From NCBI GenBank assembly GCA_016181405.1, contig JACOZJ010000002.1, positions 138,608-202,607 on the forward strand: 64,000 bases of DNA, written 5' to 3'. Position numbers and translations under genes: made by a program. Shown one piece after another: positions 7,503 through 13,992 of this stretch (position 1 is its first letter; every line of letters begins with the position of its first letter). The notes under the pieces are model-generated. The model did not search any database, was not told the origin of the DNA, and saw nothing but the letters and a program-made list of their open reading frames with translations. The stretch comes from Candidatus Wildermuthbacteria bacterium. Lineage in GTDB: Bacteria > Patescibacteriota > Minisyncoccia > Minisyncoccales > UBA10102.

Positions 7503-9999
7503 GAAAAGCAATCTCCGGGAGCCTATCCCGGACTCTATGCAACAAACAAAATCTCCTTCTGAACCTCAAGACGACTTACGCAATAAGCATCTCCTTGTAG
7601 TAAACTCCGGATACCGAAGAAAAGAATTTATTCTCAAGCGTATCCAAGAACTTGGCTGCAATATTATCCTCTTGAACAAAGAGAGGAATTGGGCGCAAAA
7701 ATACGTAGATTCTTTTATTCTTGCGGACACAAACAATCACTCAGAAAGCCTCGAAGCTGTAAAAAAATACGCCGAGCATAGCCCTATTGATGGCGTTATT
7801 ACTTTTTGGGAAGACGACGTGCTGCTTTGCGCCAAAATCGTGGATATGCTTGGTCTCCCCGGTATCCCCTACCGAGTAGCGAGAGTGGCAAGAAATAAAT
7901 ATCTTTTCCGGGATTTCTGCAAAGAGGCCGGGCTCCCAACACCTCAACACCGTACTATTTCCTCGCAGGCCGATGTTGATTTCGTGATAGAACACTTTAA
8001 CTTTCCGGTTATAGCCAAACCAGTATACGGCTCAAGTTCGGCTTTAGTAGTGAAGATAGAGAAGAAACGAGATCTCCAAAAAATAATCCGGTATATTTCA
8101 GAGAACATTTCAGAAAAAATGGAATCTGCTTTGATGGCAGGATCTCAAATCTTTGTAGAAGAATATCTAGACGGACAAGAGGTGGATATTGATATGCTCG
8201 TCCAAAATGGAAAGGTAAAATTTCACTCCATCACCGATAACGAACCGACCGACGAGCCGTTCTTCATTGAAGTCGGAGACTCCATACCCTCAAGTCTCTT
8301 GGAAGATAGCCAGCAAAAGCTGTTCGAAATGGCATCGGAAACGCTTGAAAAACTGGGAATCCAGCAGGGATGTATACACTTTGAAGCAAAGTGGACCAAG
8401 AGAGGCCCTTTCCCCATTGAGGTAAACCTTCGCATGGGCGGAGACTATGTGCACTCTTTGGTGAAAGGATGTTGGGGTGTGGATCTTGTGGAATACGCGG
8501 CAAAAATCGCTTTGGGCTTATATATTAAGCCAGAAAAACCTACTCAACCCTTACAGTATCTTAGGGGACAGTGTTTTCTTTCCGATTATTCTGGCGTTCT
8601 TGTCGAATTAGACGTCGACGAAGAACTCTACAAAAAACAGTATTTCGAACAGTTCTACTTTCTGAAAGAAGTGGGAGACCCGGTACTTGTACCTCCCGAA
8701 GGCTATGAATACTTAGGATGGGTAGTCGTGAAAGGAGAAAGCCCTGTGGTCGCGCAAAATAATCTAGAGGAGGCGCTCGAATGTGTCCGCTATACCGTGG
8801 CGAAATATCATCCCACTTCCTCGGTAGGTAAAACTATCAGGAAAACCCCTCTCTCCTTAGCTTCCTTTGCACGAGAACAAATTAAAGCTTCCGCATCTGT
8901 AGAAAGAGTGAAAGCCTTCAAAAAAGAAGGGCTCCACGTGGGAGTACTCTGCAATATCTATACCAAGGAAACTTCGCAAAATCCTGTGGAGAAAGAAGCA
9001 GAAGAAGATATTACTACCTCCGCGATTCAAATAAAAAACGCTCTTGAAAAGAAAGGGCACACCGTGGAGCTCTTCAACATGAATCAGCTTCTCCCCACAA
9101 TAAACCGTCTCGCGAGAAGAGACGTGGATATTGTGTTTAATGCTTGCGAGCGAATCAACAACTCCAGTCTCCTCAAACCCCATGCTTCGGCAATATTGGA
9201 TATTTTAAATATTCCCTATACAGGATCCAACCCGGTCGCGAGAGCCATTAGCATTGATAAAATCATAACAAAGAAAATTCTTAAGTATCACGGCATCCCC
9301 ACTCCGGAATTCGACTATCTTTTTTCTGTTGACGACAAAATTAATCCCGAACTGGAATACCCCCTTATTGTAAAGCCCGCAAACACCGACGACAGCATCG
9401 GAATCACTCAAAAATCAGTAGTTACCAACGAACAAAAACTCTATGCGCAAGTAAAAGAAATCATCACGGTATACAAGAGGCCAGTGCTTGTGGAAGAGTT
9501 CATCCAGGGGTCAGAGCTCGACGTGGGAGTTATTGGAAACCGCGGCAACATCCGTGTACTCCCCATCGAACGCACTCTCTTCAATAAACTACCACGCGGA
9601 AAATGGGGAATTTATTCTTACGAAGACAAATGGGGAGAAGGAAATATTCATGATTACTTCACAGTTGAATCGCCTGCTAGGATCCCCAAAAAGCAAATGC
9701 AGCTTGTTTCGGAAATCGCCATAGACGTATTCAACGCGCTCGGCTGCCACGACTATGCAAGAGTCGAGATGCGCATGGACGAACAAGGCAATATCTATGT
9801 CATCGAGCTGAATGCCCACCCCACCCTGGAAGAAGGAAGCTATTTTGGAAGAGTCGGGAAAAAACTCGGGCTTTCATTCGGCGATATTCTGCAGGAAATT
9901 ATTGAAGCAGCCGCGGGACGCTACGAAAACAAACCTCCTTTTTATCATCTTCAAGGAGGTATCGAAATCCCTCTTGAGACTATTCCACCGACAAAGTAA
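7501..9999 (+). CDS. fusion of two ATP-grasp ligase modules (L-amino-acid-ligase-like N-half, D-Ala-D-Ala-ligase-like C-half)
   Basis: N-half: FPVIAKPVYGSSSALV, IFVEEYLDGQEVDIDMLV, IEVNLRMGGD. C-half: YPLIVKPANTDDSIGI, VLVEEFIQGSELDVGVIG, YARVEMRMDEQGNIYVIELNAHP. The start may be ATG 7537 if the promoter call is right. Confidence 0.75.
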   Translation: MKSNLREPIPDSMQQTKSPSEPQDDLRNKHLLVVNSGYRRKEFILKRIQELGCNIILLNKERNWAQKYVDSFILADTNNHSESLEAVKKYAEHSPIDGVITFWEDDVLLCAKIVDMLGLPGIPYRVARVARNKYLFRDFCKEAGLPTPQHRTISSQADVDFVIEHFNFPVIAKPVYGSSSALVVKIEKKRDLQKIIRYISENISEKMESALMAGSQIFVEEYLDGQEVDIDMLVQNGKVKFHSITDNEPTDEPFFIEVGDSIPSSLLEDSQQKLFEMASETLEKLGIQQGCIHFEAKWTKRGPFPIEVNLRMGGDYVHSLVKGCWGVDLVEYAAKIALGLYIKPEKPTQPLQYLRGQCFLSDYSGVLVELDVDEELYKKQYFEQFYFLKEVGDPVLVPPEGYEYLGWVVVKGESPVVAQNNLEEALECVRYTVAKYHPTSSVGKTIRKTPLSLASFAREQIKASASVERVKAFKKEGLHVGVLCNIYTKETSQNPVEKEAEEDITTSAIQIKNALEKKGHTVELFNMNQLLPTINRLARRDVDIVFNACERINNSSLLKPHASAILDILNIPYTGSNPVARAISIDKIITKKILKYHGIPTPEFDYLFSVDDKINPELEYPLIVKPANTDDSIGITQKSVVTNEQKLYAQVKEIITVYKRPVLVEEFIQGSELDVGVIGNRGNIRVLPIERTLFNKLPRGKWGIYSYEDKWGEGNIHDYFTVESPARIPKKQMQLVSEIAIDVFNALGCHDYARVEMRMDEQGNIYVIELNAHPTLEEGSYFGRVGKKLGLSFGDILQEIIEAAAGRYENKPPFYHLQGGIEIPLETIPPTK

Positions 10000-10864
10000 A
10001 AAGCACTCTCGCGTTCTCTGTGGTGGCGCGAGCCACGTCTTCAAAACTTACCTTTTTGATGCGCGCGATTTCTTCTGCCACATATCGTACGAACGAGGGT
10101 TCGTTTCTTTCTTGTCCCGCCGCAGGAGGAACAAGATAAGGAGAATCTGTCTCCAGAACAATGCGTTCAAGCGGGATAGATGCAATAACTTCTTTTGGAT
10201 CCGGCAAAGCCGGCACGTCTTTGAAAATCAACCCATTAAATCCTACATATAACCCGAGCTCAAGAAATTCCTGCGCCTGCTCTGCAGTACCTGTATAGCT
10301 ATGAACCACCCCCCGCAAGTGGTTAATAGTTAGCAGTTCAAGTAAGTCTTCGTGCGCTTTCCGGCAATGAAGAATAACAGGCAGGCCGAATTCACCTGCC
10401 AGATCCATCTGCTTTTGCAGGATTTCCTTCTGCTTTTGTTTGATTTCTTCCCGCCTTGTTTTGCTCTTCGGGAAATAATAATAGTCCAACCCAACCTCCC
10501 CTACCGCCACTACTTTCCCTTTTGAAGAACCAGAAATAAGTTCCTTATACGCCTCGTAATCGAATTCTTCCGCCCGGGTTTCAAACGTTTCCCACGGCTG
10601 CTTTGCACCAGCATCCTCTGATTGAGTTTCCAGCACCTCAACCTTTCTTTGTTCTCCTACATGAATCGGATGCAAACCAATCGCAGCATATACCCCGCGT
10701 TCGTAACCCTCCGCAATTTCCACGGCCCTCTTTGAAGTGGAATATTGGGATCCTGGCATAATAATCCAGGTGTTATCCCTAAGAGCGCGGAGAATTACCT
10801 CATCTCCATCCTCCTTAAAGGCACGAAAATTTACGTGCCCATGAGTATCTATAAGCATATACAT
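9980..10864 (-). CDS. tatD: TatD-family metal-dependent hydrolase
   Basis: MLIDTHGHVNF, HPIHV, EVGLDYYY, PVILHCRKAHEDLL, VVHSYTG, ETDSPYL. Confidence 0.85.
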   Translation of the reverse strand: MYMLIDTHGHVNFRAFKEDGDEVILRALRDNTWIIMPGSQYSTSKRAVEIAEGYERGVYAAIGLHPIHVGEQRKVEVLETQSEDAGAKQPWETFETRAEEFDYEAYKELISGSSKGKVVAVGEVGLDYYYFPKSKTRREEIKQKQKEILQKQMDLAGEFGLPVILHCRKAHEDLLELLTINHLRGVVHSYTGTAEQAQEFLELGLYVGFNGLIFKDVPALPDPKEVIASIPLERIVLETDSPYLVPPAAGQERNEPSFVRYVAEEIARIKKVSFEDVARATTENARVLFTLSVE

Positions 10865-10880
10865 ATTTTTAGCTTATTCG

Positions 10881-10920
10881 GGAAAAAAAGAAAGAGGGCT
10901 CGTGTTTGCTACACGAGCCC
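10881..10920 (-). terminator. intrinsic terminator
   Basis: Minus strand GGGCTCGTG-tagcaaa-CACGAGCCC followed by TCTTTCTTTTTTT. Confidence 0.7.
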
Positions 10921-11232
10921 TGAAGTTAGGGATGTCTGGATGAGACTTGCCAATTGCGCGAGCCCCTCCTTCATAGAGGAAGGATGCAACCGCACAATCG
11001 CGCAAGGCTTCGCACTGCGCGGAAACCAAGATGGAGATTCTCCCTCTGGAACATCTGGAATAATGGCGGCGAATTTCTCTTTCCACTCCGCAGGCAATGC
11101 TTCCTCGCCTCCCTTCTTAAGAACGATCCTCGGCACTCCCATTGTCATGGATTGGATTTCATGCAAGAGACGAACCCAAGCCTCCCCTCTATTTCTCCAG
11201 TCGTCTAAGGAGAAAACTATATGGGTTTCCAT
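10909..11232 (-). CDS. hypothetical protein (107 aa)
   Basis: METHIVFSLDDWRNRGEAW..., with ATG after a GGGGGGGG run. GC-rich; no family recognised. Confidence 0.5.
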   Translation of the reverse strand: METHIVFSLDDWRNRGEAWVRLLHEIQSMTMGVPRIVLKKGGEEALPAEWKEKFAAIIPDVPEGESPSWFPRSAKPCAIVRLHPSSMKEGLAQLASLIQTSLTSGLV

Positions 11233-11320
11233 AACCCCCCCCGAAATGTGCTTTAATCCTGCGACTCGCCTCAATCTCTGTTTCTTAATATAGGAAACTG
11301 GGGCCAATCCAGAATGCAAT

Positions 11321-11343
11321 AAAAAACTCCCGTGTGTCGGGAG
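11321..11343 (-). terminator. attenuator terminator, module A
   Basis: Minus strand CTCCCG-acaca-CGGGAG-TTTTTTATT. Confidence 0.7.
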
Positions 11344-11373
11344 GTGGTTTTTTGATACGTTTTACTGCTCTTA

Positions 11374-11478
11374 TTACATACGTTTATCTTTCAACCTCCC
11401 ACACACGAAAAAATAGCCCATTGAGGCATTATCAGCTTTGTATTGGTATGCTCTATGCGTGTTGGATAGTGTGTTCAT
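11374..11478 (-). CDS. candidate leader peptide A (34 aa)
   Basis: MNTLSNTHRAYQYKADNASMGYFFVCGRLKDKRM. The ATG is 13 nt after the -10 and has no SD. Codons 24-29 (11407-11394) pair with 11345-11331, which overlaps the terminator. Confidence 0.45.
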   Translation of the reverse strand: MNTLSNTHRAYQYKADNASMGYFFVCGRLKDKRM

Positions 11479-11491
11479 GCTCGAATTCGTT

Positions 11492-11521
11492 ACTATACTC
11501 CCCGACACTATGGCATGTCAA
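11492..11521 (-). promoter_or_regulatory. sigma70-type promoter, module A
   Basis: Minus strand TTGACA-N18-TATAGT. Confidence 0.6.
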
Positions 11522-11547
11522 GAAAGATTTCCACAAGGGATATACTA

Positions 11548-11578
11548 GGGCTCGCTCTCTACTGAAGAGAGCGAGCCC
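11548..11578 (-). terminator. 13-bp GC-rich hairpin after the 67-aa ORF (no clear U tract)
   Basis: GGGCTCGCTCTCT-loop-AGAGAGCGAGCCC. Confidence 0.4.
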
Positions 11579-11594
11579 TTGCTCACCGGCTTGT

Positions 11595-11798
11595 TCATCC
11601 GGCAACGGGGGTATTGGTCGCACCGCGCTTCAGCCCTTCTAAGTAATAGATATGCGTCTGAAGCTGAACAGCCAGACGAGATTGGCCGCAGGACTTTAAA
11701 ATCGCTATTGCTCTGGCAACTACTCCGTCTTCCGCTTCCTCCTCGTCTTCCATATCCAGGATGGCACGAAGGACGGTGATTTGGTCCGCGACCGGCAT
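11595..11798 (-). CDS. hypothetical small acidic protein (67 aa)
   Basis: MPVADQITVLRAILDMEDEEEAEDGVV.... GC-rich; no family recognised. Confidence 0.45.
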   Translation of the reverse strand: MPVADQITVLRAILDMEDEEEAEDGVVARAIAILKSCGQSRLAVQLQTHIYYLEGLKRGATNTPVAG

Positions 11799-11803
11799 TT
11801 TCT

Positions 11804-11947
11804 CTAACGCATCGACGCCGGATCTCCTCCGTACTTGTCAGAAATACGTTTCACCTCGTTGTAATCGGACCTTGCGAGCGCCTCCTCCTGCAAATGCGCG
11901 AGAAAACGTTTGAGTGCCAACGTAAGTTCCGAGGGCAACAATAACAC
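11804..11947 (-). CDS. hypothetical small protein (47 aa, GTG start)
   Basis: GGGGAGG then GTG 6 nt later gives (M)LLLPSELTLALKRFLAHLQEEALARSDYNEVKRISDKYGGDPASMR. The ORF-track 5' extension covers the conserved R1 element. Confidence 0.4.
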   Translation of the reverse strand: MLLLPSELTLALKRFLAHLQEEALARSDYNEVKRISDKYGGDPASMR

Positions 11948-11964
11948 AGATCGCCTCCCCGCTA

Positions 11965-12004
11965 TGTGTGCTCTGCGCTGACTATATTCAGCGCATCGAA
12001 TGAG
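11965..12004 (-). repeat. R1: conserved 5'-leader hairpin element (copy 1 of 2)
   Basis: Minus strand TCATTCGATGCGCTGAATATAGTCAGCGCAGAGCACACA. It shares the TCGATGCGCTGA...CAGCGCAGAGCACA core with 12358-12396 and sits about 20 nt before an SD and start codon. Confidence 0.6.
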
Positions 12005-12036
12005 TATCATTTACATGTTAGCCATTCGTTAGGCTC

Positions 12037-12082
12037 AATAAAAATTTGCTGGGGCTCGTTCTCTTGGTTGAAAACGAGCCCC
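12037..12082 (-). terminator. intrinsic terminator after the 79-aa ORF
   Basis: Minus strand GGGGCTCGTTTTC-aaccaa-GAGAACGAGCCCC followed by AGCAAATTTTTATT. Confidence 0.65.
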
Positions 12083-12103
12083 TTAATCGTGCTTGCTGCC
12101 AAA

Positions 12104-12343
12104 CTACGGAGCAACTAGGGCAGGGGATGTCCGAACAGCGGCAAGCCTGCCCTCCAGGCCAGAAATACTGATCCCGATCGCGTCGGCTCTGTCGGCGAGT
12201 CGCTTCTCCTCTTCGTAAGAAAGATTGTCTCTCTTCATTTCGGCGCACACCCGCTTGAGAGCACTCTTCTTCTTTCTAATCCTCCGCTCAATGGTACGTA
12301 TCCTTGCAATTTCCTCGGCAACTTCTTGATCGACGCATTCCAT
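12104..12343 (-). CDS. hypothetical coiled-coil-like small protein (79 aa)
   Basis: AGGAGG 7 nt before the ATG. MECVDQEVAEEIARIRTIERRIRKKKSALKRV... Confidence 0.5.
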   Translation of the reverse strand: MECVDQEVAEEIARIRTIERRIRKKKSALKRVCAEMKRDNLSYEEEKRLADRADAIGISISGLEGRLAAVRTSPALVAP

Positions 12344-12357
12344 GACCCGCCTCCTGA

Positions 12358-12396
12358 CATGTGCTCTGCGCTGCTGATGTTCAGCGCATCGAGTGA
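12358..12396 (-). repeat. R2: conserved 5'-leader hairpin element (copy 2 of 2)
   Basis: Minus strand TCACTCGATGCGCTGAACATCAGCAGCGCAGAGCACATG, directly followed by TCAGGAGGCGGGTC-ATG. Confidence 0.6.
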
Positions 12397-12427
12397 ATAA
12401 TACTTGTATTACCCTTTCGATGCACTT

Positions 12428-12456
12428 AACAAAAGCGGCCTCCTTTAGGAGGCCGC
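12428..12456 (-). terminator. attenuator terminator, module B
   Basis: Minus strand GCGGCCTCC-taaa-GGAGGCCGC-TTTTGTT. Confidence 0.75.
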
Positions 12457-12483
12457 CAGTTAAAGAATTTTAAATGTTTCTCT

Positions 12484-12561
12484 TTAGCAAAAGGCCTCCC
12501 GGTTCATGGGGCTAATAATGCTAATAATTTCATTTACCAAAGAGGTATTCTGCATACTCAT
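12484..12561 (-). CDS. candidate leader peptide B (25 aa, Ile/Ser repeat)
   Basis: MSMQNTSLVNEIISIISPMNREAFC, with ATT ATT AGC ATT ATT AGC. The ATG is 6 nt after the -10, so it is leaderless. GGAGGCC at 12499-12493 can pair with the terminator 5' arm. Confidence 0.45.
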   Translation of the reverse strand: MSMQNTSLVNEIISIISPMNREAFC

Positions 12562-12567
12562 AGAAAT

Positions 12568-12595
12568 ATACTATCAAGATAAAATATATTGTCAA
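12568..12595 (-). promoter_or_regulatory. sigma70-type promoter, module B
   Basis: Minus strand GGGGTTGACA-N16-TAGTAT. Confidence 0.65.
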
Positions 12596-12615
12596 CCCCA
12601 AAAAAAGAATGGGTG

Positions 12616-12692
12616 TGGTGAGGCGAGTTGGACTCGAACCAACACCCGTGCGACCCCTCAAGTCGCTGCTCACCTAGATGAGCTATCGCCTC
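12616..12692 (-). tRNA. atypical tRNA, anticodon GAG (Leu CUC/CUU by the standard code), short variable region, CCA encoded
   Basis: Hand-folded cloverleaf: GAGGCGA TA GCTC ATCTAGGT GAGC A GCGAC TTGAGGG GTCGC ACGGGT GTTGG TTCGAGT CCAAC TCGCCTC A CCA. Confidence 0.7.
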
Positions 12693-12706
12693 ACCGTTTA
12701 GCAAAG

Positions 12707-12958
12707 CTACCCCTGAACCTCAACGGGTAGCTTGTTGAGGGTTTGCACGAAGTCTTCGACAATTCGCCGCACGTACTCCCGGTACTGGAGTACTTCATCG
12801 GGGCTGATCACCTGTTGCCCCTGTGCCGTGAGCGTAATGCTAGATTGGAAATCTGTTGATGGATCTCCGGAGTCTCGTGTCAGGATAGCGGTCGCCGTCG
12901 GAACCTTGCCGATCTCTGCGGTTACCTTAAGCTGATCGACTCTCCACTGCTCGTGCAT
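12707..12958 (-). CDS. hypothetical protein (83 aa)
   Basis: GGGAGG 6 nt before the ATG. MHEQWRVDQLKVTAEIGKVPTATAILTRDSG.... The stop is 14 nt before the tRNA 5' end. Confidence 0.5.
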   Translation of the reverse strand: MHEQWRVDQLKVTAEIGKVPTATAILTRDSGDPSTDFQSSITLTAQGQQVISPDEVLQYREYVRRIVEDFVQTLNKLPVEVQG

Positions 12959-13049
12959 ATCAAACCTCCCTTGAATGTGCTTGCGCCTTGAGCGCACTGC
13001 GGATTCACAACTAGATTTGCGAACCCAATTATAGACTCAAGAAATGGCT

Positions 13050-13087
13050 GGCTCCCTTGCAATGCATTGCTGCAGAGCAAGGGAGCC
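13050..13087 (-). terminator. 11-bp hairpin between small ORFs (weak T tract)
   Basis: GGCTCCCTTGC-16 nt loop-GCAAGGGAGCC. Confidence 0.35.
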
Positions 13088-13122
13088 CTTGTATTCACCG
13101 AGGAGCTAGACGTCCCTCCAAG

Positions 13123-13308
13123 CTACTTGTCGTTCTCCTTGGAGGGAGGGGTAAGGGGCAGATTGGAATCCCCCAATTCCTCTTCTTCCGCCTCGGCTTC
13201 GCCAAAACGGTTGGTGAGCCACTCACGGGCAGCTTCTTCTTCGATAGGTCTACCGGTAGATGACTGTACCACGACGAATGCTCCTTGATTGAACTTTGGC
13301 CCGATCAC
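13123..13308 (-). CDS. hypothetical acidic small protein (61 aa)
   Basis: ATGA overlap with the upstream ORF. MIGPKFNQGAFVVVQSSTGRPIEEEAAREW... Confidence 0.45.
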   Translation of the reverse strand: MIGPKFNQGAFVVVQSSTGRPIEEEAAREWLTNRFGEAEAEEEELGDSNLPLTPPSKENDK

Positions 13309-13484
13309 AACGAGTCCAACGAGACCCCTTGCAACTTCAGTTCCTGCTCGATACGCTGGAGCCTCTTTTGCAAAGCCTCCTTCTGCGCAAGATCAGCAGC
13401 TTTGGGTATGCGTTGGTACTTCAGCTCCACTGCGTCTGCAATCAGTTTCACATGCGCGCCTACTTCTGGCGGTACATCTACCAT
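13305..13484 (-). CDS. hypothetical small protein (59 aa)
   Basis: GAGGAGGTGGG then ATG gives MVDVPPEVGAHVKLIADAVELKYQRIPKAADLAQKEALQKRLQRIEQELKLQG.... The longer ORF-track model has no SD. Confidence 0.45.
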   Translation of the reverse strand: MVDVPPEVGAHVKLIADAVELKYQRIPKAADLAQKEALQKRLQRIEQELKLQGVSLDSL

Positions 13485-13716
13485 TACCCACCTCCTCATG
13501 GAAATTCCGTGCCCGGCAAAGGGAAGAGAGGACGGAAGTATGGCATGGGTAACCAACGTTCCGCCCCTCTCTTTAGAGGATCTCTGCGTGAAGCTGTTCA
13601 CGACACGCAGATTTCCTTTTTTAGGCAACAGCACCCGCTGCTGCCGCATCAGGCCTCGGGGTGATTCCGAGCCTGAACATTATCCTAAAAAATTTTTGAA
13701 GAACAATGTTCAATCC

Positions 13717-13751
13717 GGAAAACAAAGAACCTCCCTTTGGCTGGGAGGTTC
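13717..13751 (-). terminator. attenuator terminator, module C
   Basis: Minus strand GAACCTCCC-agccaaa-GGGAGGTTC-TTTGTTTT. Confidence 0.75.
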
Positions 13752-13773
13752 GTTGAAATATCGAAGCTTTATT

Positions 13774-13875
13774 TTACAAATTTCTTCCAGCCAAATTAAG
13801 GGGTTTCGTAACACCCAACAAGACAACCAAGACAATCATGATATTCTGAATTTGGCTGAATAAATTCTGCCGCAT
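13774..13875 (-). CDS. candidate leader peptide C (33 aa, Ile/Leu/Val run)
   Basis: MRQNLFSQIQNIMIVLVVLLGVTKPLNLAGRNL. The ATG is 13 nt after the -10. TTTGGCTGG (13795-13787) is complementary to CCAGCCAAA (13744-13736) in the terminator. Confidence 0.5.
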   Translation of the reverse strand: MRQNLFSQIQNIMIVLVVLLGVTKPLNLAGRNL

Positions 13876-13888
13876 AAATCTTTGTTTG

Positions 13889-13917
13889 AATATACACGAC
13901 CCAAAGAATGCTGTCAA
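13889..13917 (-). promoter_or_regulatory. sigma70-type promoter, module C
   Basis: Minus strand GGGGTTGACA-N17-TATATT. Confidence 0.7.
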
Positions 13918-13924
13918 CCCCTCC

Positions 13925-13964
13925 ATTAAAATAAAGGGGCGAGGTTTCTTTCGAATCCTCACCC
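13925..13964 (-). terminator. intrinsic terminator after the Sm-like gene
   Basis: Minus strand GGGTGAGG-12 nt-CCTCGCCCC followed by TTTATTTTAAT. Confidence 0.55.
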
Positions 13965-13992
13965 TTCAAATGTGGCCTTCTCATGCCTCGGA

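Noticed and set aside
12506-12730. A 74-aa plus-strand ORF.
   Set aside because: It runs antisense across the module B short ORF and promoter and through the tRNA gene. It has no SD and is explained by the minus-strand features.
13774-13962. A 62-aa version of the module C ORF, and likewise the 80-aa ORF at 15451-15693.
   Set aside because: The longer models extend upstream through the promoter (-10/-35), and for 15451-15693 into the 3' end of the peptidase gene. Only the portion downstream of the promoter (33 and 29 codons) can be on the transcript.
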